Part shown: positions 16,786-25,122 of the stretch, one piece after another
Position numbering within the stretch: position 1 is the first letter of the stretch
How the letters are laid out: every line of letters starts with the position of its first letter
IMG/VR virus record: IMGVR_UViG_3300025614_000016
Span: 1 to 25,369 of that record
DNA length: 25,369 nt
Reading direction: 5' to 3' (one strand)
Source of the DNA: a virus
Lineage: Duplodnaviria > Caudoviricetes
Made by a program: the position numbers and the translations under genes
The notes under the pieces: model-generated
Seen by the model: the letters and a program-made list of their open reading frames with translations, nothing else
Database searches by the model: none
What the model was told of the DNA's origin: nothing

Positions 16786-17067
16786 TGGTAATTCCGTGAG
16801 TTATAATCATAGGCATTACCATTTACTCTTTATTGGAGTTATGATGGACACGAGTTCAATTCTCGTCGACTCCACCAATGAAGGTATTGTTTCCCCCGAC
16901 AGTATCTTCTTTGATGGGGTTGCTAGGTTTCGACATGGTAACAGAAGGTTTAGAGTTGTAAGACCCAAAGTAAACGCAAACGCAGATACTTACGCAATCG
17001 CAGCCTGATAGGCATAGTGTGATTTGAGGATTTAGGCAGGATGAACCTTATAACCAAATCATCCTCC
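16786..17067 (+). ncRNA. ssrA: Circularly permuted two-piece tmRNA, tag ANADTYAIAA
   Basis: T arm ACGAG-TTCAATT-CTCGT and CGACTCC-ACCA (to 16877) come before GGGGTTG...TTCGAC (from 16916). The acceptor stem has a G3:U70 pair. Tag ORF 16976-17008. Outer boundaries are approximate. Confidence 0.92.
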
Positions 17068-17073
17068 AACTTT

Positions 17074-17120
17074 ATTAAGGAACGCATTACATCCTCCCCC
17101 ACTGTAGTGTGTTCCTTAAT
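17074..17120 (+). other. 18-bp hairpin with C-rich loop
   Basis: ATTAAGGAACGCATTACA-TCCTCCCCCAC-TGTAGTGTGTTCCTTAAT with two G:U pairs. Confidence 0.8.
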
Positions 17121-17195
17121 GAGGTTAATACTTCATTATGACGAGTTGCTCAATAGAGGACTCATTTTATAACTCGCTTAACAGGAGAAAATAAT

Positions 17196-17654
17196 ATGAC
17201 TACAAGTGCATATAACTTCCCGAGAGATCTATTCTTGGGATTCGATAGTTTGTTTGATAATCTATATCAATACGAAGGCAATCAACAATCAAAACAACAA
17301 ACCTACCCACCATATAACGTGGTAAAGAAAGATGATAATCATTATCTAATTGAGATCGCTGTCGCAGGATTCAAATCAGATGATATTGATTTAACTTTGG
17401 AGAAGGGTGTTTTGACAGTGGAAGGAAACAAGAAACTTAAAGAAGAGGCAACTGAATATATCCGTAAGGGTATTTCTGCTCGTAATTTTAAACGTTCTTT
17501 CACTCTTGCTGATACTATCAAAGTGGTTGGTGCTGACGTTGTAGATGGACTATTACTAATTGGTCTTGAAAACGTTGTACCAGAAGAAGAAAAACCTAAA
17601 ACAATTAATCTTGGAGAGTTTACAAAATCTGCTAAGAAGATCTTGTTAGGTTAA
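17196..17654 (+). CDS. hsp20: Small heat shock protein Hsp20 (IbpA-like)
   Basis: YPPYN, IEIAVAGF, KGISARNFKRSF and DGLL. Confidence 0.95.
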   Translation: MTTSAYNFPRDLFLGFDSLFDNLYQYEGNQQSKQQTYPPYNVVKKDDNHYLIEIAVAGFKSDDIDLTLEKGVLTVEGNKKLKEEATEYIRKGISARNFKRSFTLADTIKVVGADVVDGLLLIGLENVVPEEEKPKTINLGEFTKSAKKILLG

Positions 17655-17666
17655 TTATAATGAATA

Positions 17667-17684
17667 GGGGATTTTCGGATCCCC
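17667..17684 (+). other. UUCG-tetraloop hairpin (stability element or weak terminator)
   Basis: GGGGATT-TTCG-GATCCCC with no U tract. Confidence 0.6.
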
Positions 17685-17702
17685 GACTATGGAGAAATAA
17701 GA

Positions 17703-17972
17703 ATGGCAAACGTGTCAAAAATGAACAAGAAACAATTAATGGACCACGGCAAAAAGTTAGGTATTAAACTTGACGATGGCATGGTCAAAAAGACTATGGT
17801 CGGTTTAATTAAAGATGCTAAGGCCACATCTACACCAGCACCTAAAGCAAAGGCAAAACCTAAAGCAAAGATCGTAGGCAAACCACCAACACCTCAACCA
17901 ATTCAAATGCCCAAAAAGGTCGTTGAAGATAAATCTATCTGGCAAAAAGTCAAAGACTTTTTCGGAGTATAG
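17703..17972 (+). CDS. Basic protein with Rho-N/HeH-like N-terminus and Lys/Pro/Ala-rich linker
   Basis: SKMNKKQLMDHGKKLGI...MVKKTMV pattern; SD GGAG. Confidence 0.65.
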   Translation: MANVSKMNKKQLMDHGKKLGIKLDDGMVKKTMVGLIKDAKATSTPAPKAKAKPKAKIVGKPPTPQPIQMPKKVVEDKSIWQKVKDFFGV

Positions 17973-17973
17973 T

Positions 17974-18267
17974 ATGGATGAAGTTAAGATTGTAAGACTC
18001 ACAACAGGTGAGGAATTGCTATGTAAGATGGATCCCGCATCAACAATGATTGGACCGATTGTAGTTGACACACCAGTACTAATTCTACCAACTGCTGATG
18101 GAAAACTAACATTTATGCCATACATGCCGTATGCTGATATTAAGAAATTGAAAATCAAAGAACGTAGTATTATGTTCATTGTAGACCCAACTGAAGAACT
18201 CGCAGCACAATATAGAAATATGATTGGCGATGTAGTTGTACCACCAAAACCTAAAATCGTGGTCTAA
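17974..18267 (+). CDS. Conserved T4-like hypothetical protein (possible Sm-like fold)
   Basis: VKIVRLTTGEELL N-terminus; start at ATG 17974 after GGAG; lies between hsp20 and gp43. Confidence 0.7.
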   Translation: MDEVKIVRLTTGEELLCKMDPASTMIGPIVVDTPVLILPTADGKLTFMPYMPYADIKKLKIKERSIMFIVDPTEELAAQYRNMIGDVVVPPKPKIVV

Positions 18268-18269
18268 AC

Positions 18270-18298
18270 TTTACTTTTGGGGAGTTATATTATATAAT
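18270..18298 (+). promoter_or_regulatory. TTTACT-N17-TATAAT promoter
   Basis: Motif and spacing; 7 nt upstream of the gp43 ATG. Confidence 0.8.
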
Positions 18299-18305
18299 AT
18301 AAGTA

Positions 18306-20780
18306 ATGAATAAATTTTACACGAACTTTTACCAACGAGGTAATAACGTCTATATTCGTGGATATAAAGATGGTAAACGTTTCAGAGATAAGATCTGGTA
18401 CAAACCGTCACTGTTTATTTCCACTAACAAAGACACCGAATTCAAAAATATCAAAGGTGAACCAGTTGATGCTGTTGTTCAAGAATCTATGGGTGATGCC
18501 AGAAAATTCTTTCAGAAGTATGATGGTGTTTCAAACTTTGAAGTCTGCGGAACTACTCAGTATGCATACTCTTGCATCAATGAGGAATTCGATAACTCAT
18601 TCAACCAAGAAGATATTGTTGTTGTAAACTTCGATATCGAGGTTGCATCTGGTGATGGGTTCCCTAGTCCAGATGAAGCATCTCAAGAAGTGACAGCAAT
18701 CACTGCTAGTTACAAGGGTGTCTACTACACTTTCGGTTGTCAAGACTATACGGTTAAACGTAAGGACAACAAGTATATCAAGTGTCACGATGAGAAACAC
18801 TTGCTACATCGTTTCCTTCAGTTTTGGCAGTCTGCCGATCCAGATATTATTACTGGTTGGAACATCCGTTTCTTCGATATCCCATACTTAGTGAATAGGA
18901 TGCGTAAGTTACTCGGTGATAAGCAAACTAAAAACTTCTCACCTGCTGGGTTAATCAAAGAACACATTCAAACAGTGTTTAATCGTGAACAGACTGAGTA
19001 TGAGTTGTGTGGTATTACAACTCTGGACTATCTAGAAGTGTATAAGAAGTTTACTTATTCTCAGCAAGAGAGTTATAGACTTGACCATATTGCTCACGTA
19101 GAATTGGGTGAACGGAAGTTGGACTACTCTGAAGTGGATAGTTTGTATCAATTATATGAAACTGACTATGAAAAGTTTATTGACTATAATATCAAAGACG
19201 TTGAGTTAGTTAATCAGATTGAAGAGAAGATGAAACTTCTTGACATGGTAATCGCACTTGCATACGACGCTAAAGTGAACTATATTGATACGTTCAAGCA
19301 AGTACGAATGTGGGATGTATTAATCAATAACTACCTGCTTGAGAAAGGTGTCATCGTTCCACCTAAGAAGGATGTTGAAAAGAAAACTCAATTTGCTGGT
19401 GGTTATGTTAAAGCACCCCAAGTCGGAATGCACGATTGGGTAATGAGTTTTGACTTGGCATCCCTATATCCACATCTTATTATGCAGTATAATATTTCAC
19501 CTGAAACCTTTTTGGTTGGTGAGTATCAAGATTTAACTGTAGATGGAATCATCAATGGTAAGTTTGAGAAAAGTTCCGACTGCTTATCCGCAAGTGGATA
19601 TTCGTATCGAAAAGATAAGCAAGGGTTTCTTCCTGAAATGATGCAACGATTATATGACGATCGTGTTATTTACAAGAAGAAAATGTTAGAGTCTTTAACT
19701 AAACTTGAAGAACTGACTAAGTCTGGTGGTGACATAACTCAAGTGACTAAGGATATCTCTAAGTACAAGAACCTACAACTAGCAAAGAAAGTACAGTTGA
19801 ACTCTGCCTATGGTTTCCTAGGTAATCAGTATGCTAGGTTCTTTGACGTTAGGATTGCTGAAAGTATTACGTTGTCTGGTCAGTTGTCAATCAAATTCAT
19901 TGCTAAGAAACTTAATGCATATCTGAATAAGTTGTTGAAGACTGATGAAGACTATGTAATTGCTGTTGACACCGACTCAGTATATTTGAAGATGGGTGGG
20001 TTAATTGATAAGGTCAAACCTAAGAACCCAGTCGACTTTCTTGATAAGGTTGGTAAGCAACAAATCGAACCATACATTAATAAGTGCTATGATGAACTTG
20101 CCGAGATGATGAATGCATATGAACAGAAAATGTTTATGGATCGTGAGGTTATTGCCGACAAAGGTATTTGGACTGCTAAGAAACGTTATGTATTAAACGT
20201 ACACGATAATGAGGGTGTTCGATATGCTACACCTAAGTTGAAAGTGATGGGTTTGGAAACAGTTAAGTCTTCAACTCCATCAATTTGCAGGGAAGCATTG
20301 AAGGAATCCCTTAACATTATCCTTAACAGTGATGAAGAAACAGTACAGAAATACATTGCTGACTTCAAGAAAGTGTTTGATGAGCATCCGTTTGAGGACA
20401 TTGCATTCCCTAGATCCATTTCTGACTTGAATAAATATACTGTTCCAGGTGACGATTTGATTATTCCTAAGGGAACATCTATTCATGCCAGAGGTGCGCT
20501 AGCATATAACTACCTCGTCAAGAAACATAATCTGACTAAACGTGTTGAGTTAATCAAAGACGGTGAGAAGATTAAGTTTTGCTATATGACTGTACCAAAT
20601 CCAATCAGGCAAAACGTTTTGAGTGTTGCAAATGGTTTACCTAAAGAATTTGAGATGGAACAATTCATCGATCGTGATTTACAATTCAGTAAGGCATTCG
20701 TAGAACCACTAAGAGCAATACTAACTGCTGTTGGGTGGGAAGTTGAGAAGACAAATAATTTAATGGAGTTTTTCGGATGA
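18306..20780 (+). CDS. gp43: Family B DNA polymerase gp43
   Basis: Exo I FDIE, FDLASLYP, KVQLNSAYG, DTDS and KKRY; uninterrupted. Confidence 0.98.
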   Translation: MNKFYTNFYQRGNNVYIRGYKDGKRFRDKIWYKPSLFISTNKDTEFKNIKGEPVDAVVQESMGDARKFFQKYDGVSNFEVCGTTQYAYSCINEEFDNSFNQEDIVVVNFDIEVASGDGFPSPDEASQEVTAITASYKGVYYTFGCQDYTVKRKDNKYIKCHDEKHLLHRFLQFWQSADPDIITGWNIRFFDIPYLVNRMRKLLGDKQTKNFSPAGLIKEHIQTVFNREQTEYELCGITTLDYLEVYKKFTYSQQESYRLDHIAHVELGERKLDYSEVDSLYQLYETDYEKFIDYNIKDVELVNQIEEKMKLLDMVIALAYDAKVNYIDTFKQVRMWDVLINNYLLEKGVIVPPKKDVEKKTQFAGGYVKAPQVGMHDWVMSFDLASLYPHLIMQYNISPETFLVGEYQDLTVDGIINGKFEKSSDCLSASGYSYRKDKQGFLPEMMQRLYDDRVIYKKKMLESLTKLEELTKSGGDITQVTKDISKYKNLQLAKKVQLNSAYGFLGNQYARFFDVRIAESITLSGQLSIKFIAKKLNAYLNKLLKTDEDYVIAVDTDSVYLKMGGLIDKVKPKNPVDFLDKVGKQQIEPYINKCYDELAEMMNAYEQKMFMDREVIADKGIWTAKKRYVLNVHDNEGVRYATPKLKVMGLETVKSSTPSICREALKESLNIILNSDEETVQKYIADFKKVFDEHPFEDIAFPRSISDLNKYTVPGDDLIIPKGTSIHARGALAYNYLVKKHNLTKRVELIKDGEKIKFCYMTVPNPIRQNVLSVANGLPKEFEMEQFIDRDLQFSKAFVEPLRAILTAVGWEVEKTNNLMEFFG

Positions 20781-21292
20781 TAGAAGTTTATGAAGATGTA
20801 TTGAGCCAAGAAGTTTGTAATGAATTAATTTCATTATTTGATTCTACAGATGATAAGAGAATGCATCTGATTGATGGTGACACTGAGGTGTTTGATATGT
20901 ATGAGATCCCTTGGGATAATCCACTAGCAGGATATCTTAAAGAAATCACAAAAGAACTCAGAAAGCATTATCTAGAAAAGTATGACACACATCATATGAT
21001 TCCTAAAGAATATAAACTTGAAGGATTCAGAATTAAAAGGTATGAACCTAATAAGCATTTCTATCCATGGCATTCTGATGTTTCTGGCCTTGGTACTTGT
21101 TCGAGGTATATTTCATTCCTATTCTATTTGAATGACAGCGAAGCAGTAACTGAATTTGCTGACTTCTCGATAGAACCAAAGAGGGGAAGTATAGTTATGT
21201 TCCCTCCATTATGGATGTTTCCGCATAAAGCACATATGCCAACAAAAGCACCAAAATATATTATGAGTACATATTACCATTATGATAAGTGA
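20777..21292 (+). CDS. 2OG-Fe(II) oxygenase (prolyl-hydroxylase-like)
   Basis: WHSD, FLFYLND, FPPLWMFPH and KYIMST. Confidence 0.88.
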   Translation: MIEVYEDVLSQEVCNELISLFDSTDDKRMHLIDGDTEVFDMYEIPWDNPLAGYLKEITKELRKHYLEKYDTHHMIPKEYKLEGFRIKRYEPNKHFYPWHSDVSGLGTCSRYISFLFYLNDSEAVTEFADFSIEPKRGSIVMFPPLWMFPHKAHMPTKAPKYIMSTYYHYDK

Positions 21293-21542
21293 TAAGAAGC
21301 AGGAACTCTTAACCATTATAATGGAAGAGTGTGCTGAAATACAAGTTGAGTGTTCAAAGATGATGAGGTTTGATGCTGATAGCAAAAAACTTGAGATGGA
21401 GGTTGGCGATCTACTATGTATGCTTGATATAATGTATAAATGGAATATGTTAGATTGGGATGAGATAGAAAAACAAATACCACGTAAGAGAAAGAAACTC
21501 GAAAAGTGGAGTAATTTATTTAAAGGAGAAATATATGAGTGA
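21282..21542 (+). CDS. MazG-like NTP pyrophosphohydrolase
   Basis: EECAE...EVGD metal-binding pattern. Confidence 0.72.
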   Translation: MISDKKQELLTIIMEECAEIQVECSKMMRFDADSKKLEMEVGDLLCMLDIMYKWNMLDWDEIEKQIPRKRKKLEKWSNLFKGEIYE

Positions 21543-21798
21543 TTTTGATTTTGATTTTGGTTTCACAGCAGTAGACGAGGATGAACTAGAAGTAGTACAA
21601 CAAGCATCTAAAACTGCTGCGAAATCGTCAGAAAACTACGACCACGTACAAGAAAAGATTGATGCGTTGTATAATGCAATCATACCACTACTTAACAACT
21701 TAAAGAAAAATCCAGAGAAGGAATATATCCTCTGGCCAAATAGAGTTGAAAAGGTTGATGAGTTTGAAGACCACTTGACTAAAATATACAAATCGTAA
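21535..21798 (+). CDS. Conserved phage hypothetical protein
   Basis: SD AAGGAG; DFDFGFTAVDE...NPEKEYILWPNR. Confidence 0.75.
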   Translation: MSDFDFDFGFTAVDEDELEVVQQASKTAAKSSENYDHVQEKIDALYNAIIPLLNNLKKNPEKEYILWPNRVEKVDEFEDHLTKIYKS

Positions 21799-21799
21799 C

Positions 21800-21828
21800 T
21801 TTACTTTTGAGTGGGTTTATAGTATAAT
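21800..21828 (+). promoter_or_regulatory. TTTACT-N17-TATAAT promoter
   Basis: Motif and spacing. Confidence 0.8.
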
Positions 21829-21834
21829 ATAGTT

Positions 21835-22005
21835 ATGTTTAAAATATTTAAAAAGAAAAAACAAGATCCAGTTGAAGAACTTGATTGGGATAAAATTACA
21901 ACTCTAGATGACGTGAGGTTATTGATAAAACTTGCTTTCCCAGTCTTAAAGGTGAGTAATAGTAGAATTGAAGAAGTGAGACATTTATTAAAGGAGAAAG
22001 AATGA
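21835..22005 (+). CDS. Small hypothetical protein (56 aa) missing from the ORF track
   Basis: MFKIFKKKKQDPVEELDWDK...LLKEKE fills the gap; ATGA overlap with uvsX. Confidence 0.7.
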   Translation: MFKIFKKKKQDPVEELDWDKITTLDDVRLLIKLAFPVLKVSNSRIEEVRHLLKEKE

Positions 22006-23045
22006 GTTTTTTGAGTGATATGACTAAGGGCATTGACACTGCCAATTTATTGTCGGACGGTGGTAATAGTTCTGAGTTTTCAGGTACTATTGATACTGGT
22101 TCGTATATTTTAAATGCATTAGTGTCGGGTAGTATTTACGGTGGTGTTCCAAATAATAAGATTGTAGCATTTGCAGGTGAGTCTGCGACTGGTAAGACTT
22201 TCTTCGTACTAGGTGTAATCAAACAGTTTATGGAAGATAATGCTACTGGTGGTGTGATTTATTTTGACACTGAGGCAGCAGTTACTAAGAAGATGATGGA
22301 AGACCGTGGCATTGACTCAAGTCGAGTTGTTATCGTAGAACCTTCATCTATTGAAGAATTCAGAACAGATGCTACTCGTATCCTAACAAGTTATATTGAC
22401 ACTCCCGAAAAGGAAAAAGAACCTATGATGATGGTGCTTGACTCATTAGGTATGTTGTCATCTAAGAAAGAATTAGAAGATACTGAAGCAGGCACAGATA
22501 AACGTGATATGACCAAAGCACAATTGCTACGTGGTACGTTCAGAGTATTATCATTGAAACTTGCCAAGGCAAATGTACCATTAATGCTAACTAACCACGT
22601 GTATGATGTGATTGGTTCTTACTTCCCGCAGAAAGAAATCTCTGGTGGTAAAGGTTTGAAATATGCAGCAAGTTCTATTATTATGCTTGGTAAGAAGAAG
22701 GATAAAGATGGTACTGAGATTGTTGGTAACATTATTGGTTGCACAACTCATAAGTCACGATTCACTAAAGAGAATAAGAAAGTAGAAGTCAAACTATCAT
22801 TCGACAAAGGTCTTGATAGATACTATGGACTCCTAGAACTCGCTGAGAAGTACGACATCATTAAGAAGGTATCAACTCGTTATGAACTTCCAGATGGCAG
22901 TAAAGTATTCGGTAAAGCGATAAATGCTAATCCTGAGAAGGTATTTACGAAGGATATCCTCGACCAACTCGACATTGCAGCACGAAAAGAGTTTATGTAT
23001 GGTGAGTTCGTAGAGGAAACGGAGGTAGAAAATGACGAAGTATAA
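22002..23045 (+). CDS. uvsX: RecA-like recombinase UvsX
   Basis: AGESATGKT, FDTE, LDSLG, NHVY and GGKGLKY. Confidence 0.96.
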   Translation: MSFLSDMTKGIDTANLLSDGGNSSEFSGTIDTGSYILNALVSGSIYGGVPNNKIVAFAGESATGKTFFVLGVIKQFMEDNATGGVIYFDTEAAVTKKMMEDRGIDSSRVVIVEPSSIEEFRTDATRILTSYIDTPEKEKEPMMMVLDSLGMLSSKKELEDTEAGTDKRDMTKAQLLRGTFRVLSLKLAKANVPLMLTNHVYDVIGSYFPQKEISGGKGLKYAASSIIMLGKKKDKDGTEIVGNIIGCTTHKSRFTKENKKVEVKLSFDKGLDRYYGLLELAEKYDIIKKVSTRYELPDGSKVFGKAINANPEKVFTKDILDQLDIAARKEFMYGEFVEETEVENDEV

Positions 23046-23331
23046 ATTAGTTGACCATGCTAATGGATTCCACGATGAGCATTGGTGTGTTGAAATTGAA
23101 GAAGGGTTGTTTAAGGGTGTTGTTTATCAGTATGACACAATTAATATTGAAGAGAATGTAGACGGTGGTGATGCAGTGTTGAGGTTTAACACTATTACGG
23201 TTGACAACCCAAACGAAGAAGACTTGGCAGAAGATGAGTTCGTAGATACAATAGGTGATATATTAGTTAAAATTATTTCTGATAGAATGGAAGAGGAAAA
23301 CTTGAGTGAACGTAACCCATCTGATACTTAA
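23032..23331 (+). CDS. gp40-like protein (head vertex assembly chaperone)
   Basis: Acidic 99-aa ORF between uvsX and gp41 as in T4; assigned mainly by synteny. Confidence 0.5.
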   Translation: MTKYKLVDHANGFHDEHWCVEIEEGLFKGVVYQYDTINIEENVDGGDAVLRFNTITVDNPNEEDLAEDEFVDTIGDILVKIISDRMEEENLSERNPSDT

Positions 23332-24691
23332 AAATTTAATACACGATGAAGAATATGCAAGGACTACACTACCTTATCTAGAATCAAAATACTTTGATGA
23401 ACACATTGAGAAGATTGTCTATGAACAAGTCAATGAGTTTATATCAAAGTATAATTCTTTACCAACACGTGAAGCATTAGTAATTGAATTGGACAACCGT
23501 AAAGGTATGTCCGATAAAGAATTTACTGAATGTGGTGCATATATTGGAACTCTCATTGATGATGAGAAGGAAGATCCCGAGTGGTTAGTAAACACAACTG
23601 AAAAGTTTTGTCAAGAAAAGGCATTGTATAATGCTATTATGGATTCTATTGCCATCATCGATGGTGAGAGTGATGAAGACAAAGGGGCAATTCCAGAACT
23701 ATTAACTGATGCATTGAGTGTGTCATTCGATCCAAACGTTGGTCACGACTTCCTTGACGATGCTGATGATAGATACGATTTTTATCACAGAGTTGAGGAA
23801 CGTATTCCGTTTGATATTGATTATCTAAACAAAATCACTAAGGGTGGTTTGCCTAAGAAATCCTTAACAGTATTAATGGCAGGTACAGGTGTTGGTAAGT
23901 CGTTAGCAATGTGTCACTTCGCATCTGCTAATATGCTTGATGGTAAAAACGTTTTATACATTACTATGGAAATGGCAGAAGAACGTATTGCTGAACGTAT
24001 TGACGCAAACTTATTGAATGTGAAACTTGATGACTTGCCTAATATGGCAAAGGAAACCTATAAGAAAAAGATTGCTAAGGTTAAAGGCAAGACATCTGGT
24101 AAGATGGTTGTTAAGGAATATCCAACCTCATCGGCAGGTGTTGGTCACTTCAGACACTTATTAAATGAGTTGAAGTTGAAGAAAGGGTTTAAACCAGACA
24201 TCATCTATATTGACTATCTGAACATCTGTATGTCGAGTAGAATGAAGATGGGCGCTAGTGTGAACAGTTATACTTATGTCAAGGCAATTGCTGAAGAGAT
24301 TAGAGGATTAGCAGTTGAGCATAATGTACCAATCGTAACTGCAACACAGGTTAATAGAACTGGTTATGGTGACAGTGACTTTGGTCTTGAAGATACATCT
24401 GAATCATTTGGTTTACCTGCTACGACTGACTTAATGTTAGCACTCATTTCTACTGAAGAGATGGAAGCGATTGACCAAATACTTATTAAGCAGTTGAAGA
24501 ATAGATATGGCGATCCTGGAACTAACAAACGTTTCGTGGTTGGTATTGATAGACCTAAGATGAGATTGTATGATGTTGAATCAAATGCTCAGTTAGATTT
24601 GGTCGGAACTCATACTGCCACTGAACATAAGTTTAACAAACCAATCCACGTTGGTGATGAAAAGAAATCATTTGGACAATTAAAGGTATAA
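23306..24691 (+). CDS. gp41: Replicative helicase gp41 (DnaB-like)
   Basis: AGTGVGKS, MEMAEE, IDYLNI, TATQVNR, SESFG and QLKNRY; GTG start. Confidence 0.96.
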   Translation: MNVTHLILKNLIHDEEYARTTLPYLESKYFDEHIEKIVYEQVNEFISKYNSLPTREALVIELDNRKGMSDKEFTECGAYIGTLIDDEKEDPEWLVNTTEKFCQEKALYNAIMDSIAIIDGESDEDKGAIPELLTDALSVSFDPNVGHDFLDDADDRYDFYHRVEERIPFDIDYLNKITKGGLPKKSLTVLMAGTGVGKSLAMCHFASANMLDGKNVLYITMEMAEERIAERIDANLLNVKLDDLPNMAKETYKKKIAKVKGKTSGKMVVKEYPTSSAGVGHFRHLLNELKLKKGFKPDIIYIDYLNICMSSRMKMGASVNSYTYVKAIAEEIRGLAVEHNVPIVTATQVNRTGYGDSDFGLEDTSESFGLPATTDLMLALISTEEMEAIDQILIKQLKNRYGDPGTNKRFVVGIDRPKMRLYDVESNAQLDLVGTHTATEHKFNKPIHVGDEKKSFGQLKV

Positions 24692-24720
24692 TTCCCCTAT
24701 TATAAACACGGTTAATACGC

Positions 24721-24749
24721 TTGACATTTGCTCAAAACTAGGGTATAAT
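24721..24749 (+). promoter_or_regulatory. Consensus sigma70 promoter
   Basis: TTGACA-N17-TATAAT. Confidence 0.88.
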
Positions 24750-24782
24750 ATAAGTATAGATTGAGTGAAAAGGGGTTGAGTT

Positions 24783-25112
24783 ATGATTGATACTAAAAAA
24801 ATTGTTGAGTTTGCTAGAGATGAGTTGATGATTTCAAAGAATGTTATTGTTAATGTTTATTTAGAAGATCTAACTGAAGACAATGCCCATGGTTGGTGTG
24901 TTGCTTCTTCTGACAAACCAGGATTCAATAAGAATGAATATGATATTGAACTTGAAGAAACTTTAAATGATGATGAGTTGTTAGTTACTTTGTGTCACGA
25001 AATGGTTCACGTTAGACAATACTCACAAGGTGAGAGATCTAATGAACGTGAAGCAATTTCTTTAGAAAACGAATTAGCAGAGAAATATTTATTGATTGTA
25101 AGTGATTTTTAG
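24783..25112 (+). CDS. Small HExxH zinc metallopeptidase-like protein
   Basis: TLCHEMVHVRQ...EREA. Confidence 0.75.
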   Translation: MIDTKKIVEFARDELMISKNVIVNVYLEDLTEDNAHGWCVASSDKPGFNKNEYDIELEETLNDDELLVTLCHEMVHVRQYSQGERSNEREAISLENELAEKYLLIVSDF

Positions 25113-25122
25113 ACGATGCGTC

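Noticed and set aside
16796-17008. 70-aa ORF ending in ANADTYAIAA
   Set aside because: It reads through the tmRNA structural elements; only the last 10 codons are the tag frame.
723-20809. Minus-strand and nested alternative-frame ORFs in the track (e.g. 6844-7380, 13305-13748, 17805-18179)
   Set aside because: They shadow well-supported + strand genes or the tRNA and show no recognisable motifs.
18306-24691. Introns or inteins in gp43, uvsX or gp41
   Set aside because: The ORFs are continuous, of normal length and lack splicing motifs.
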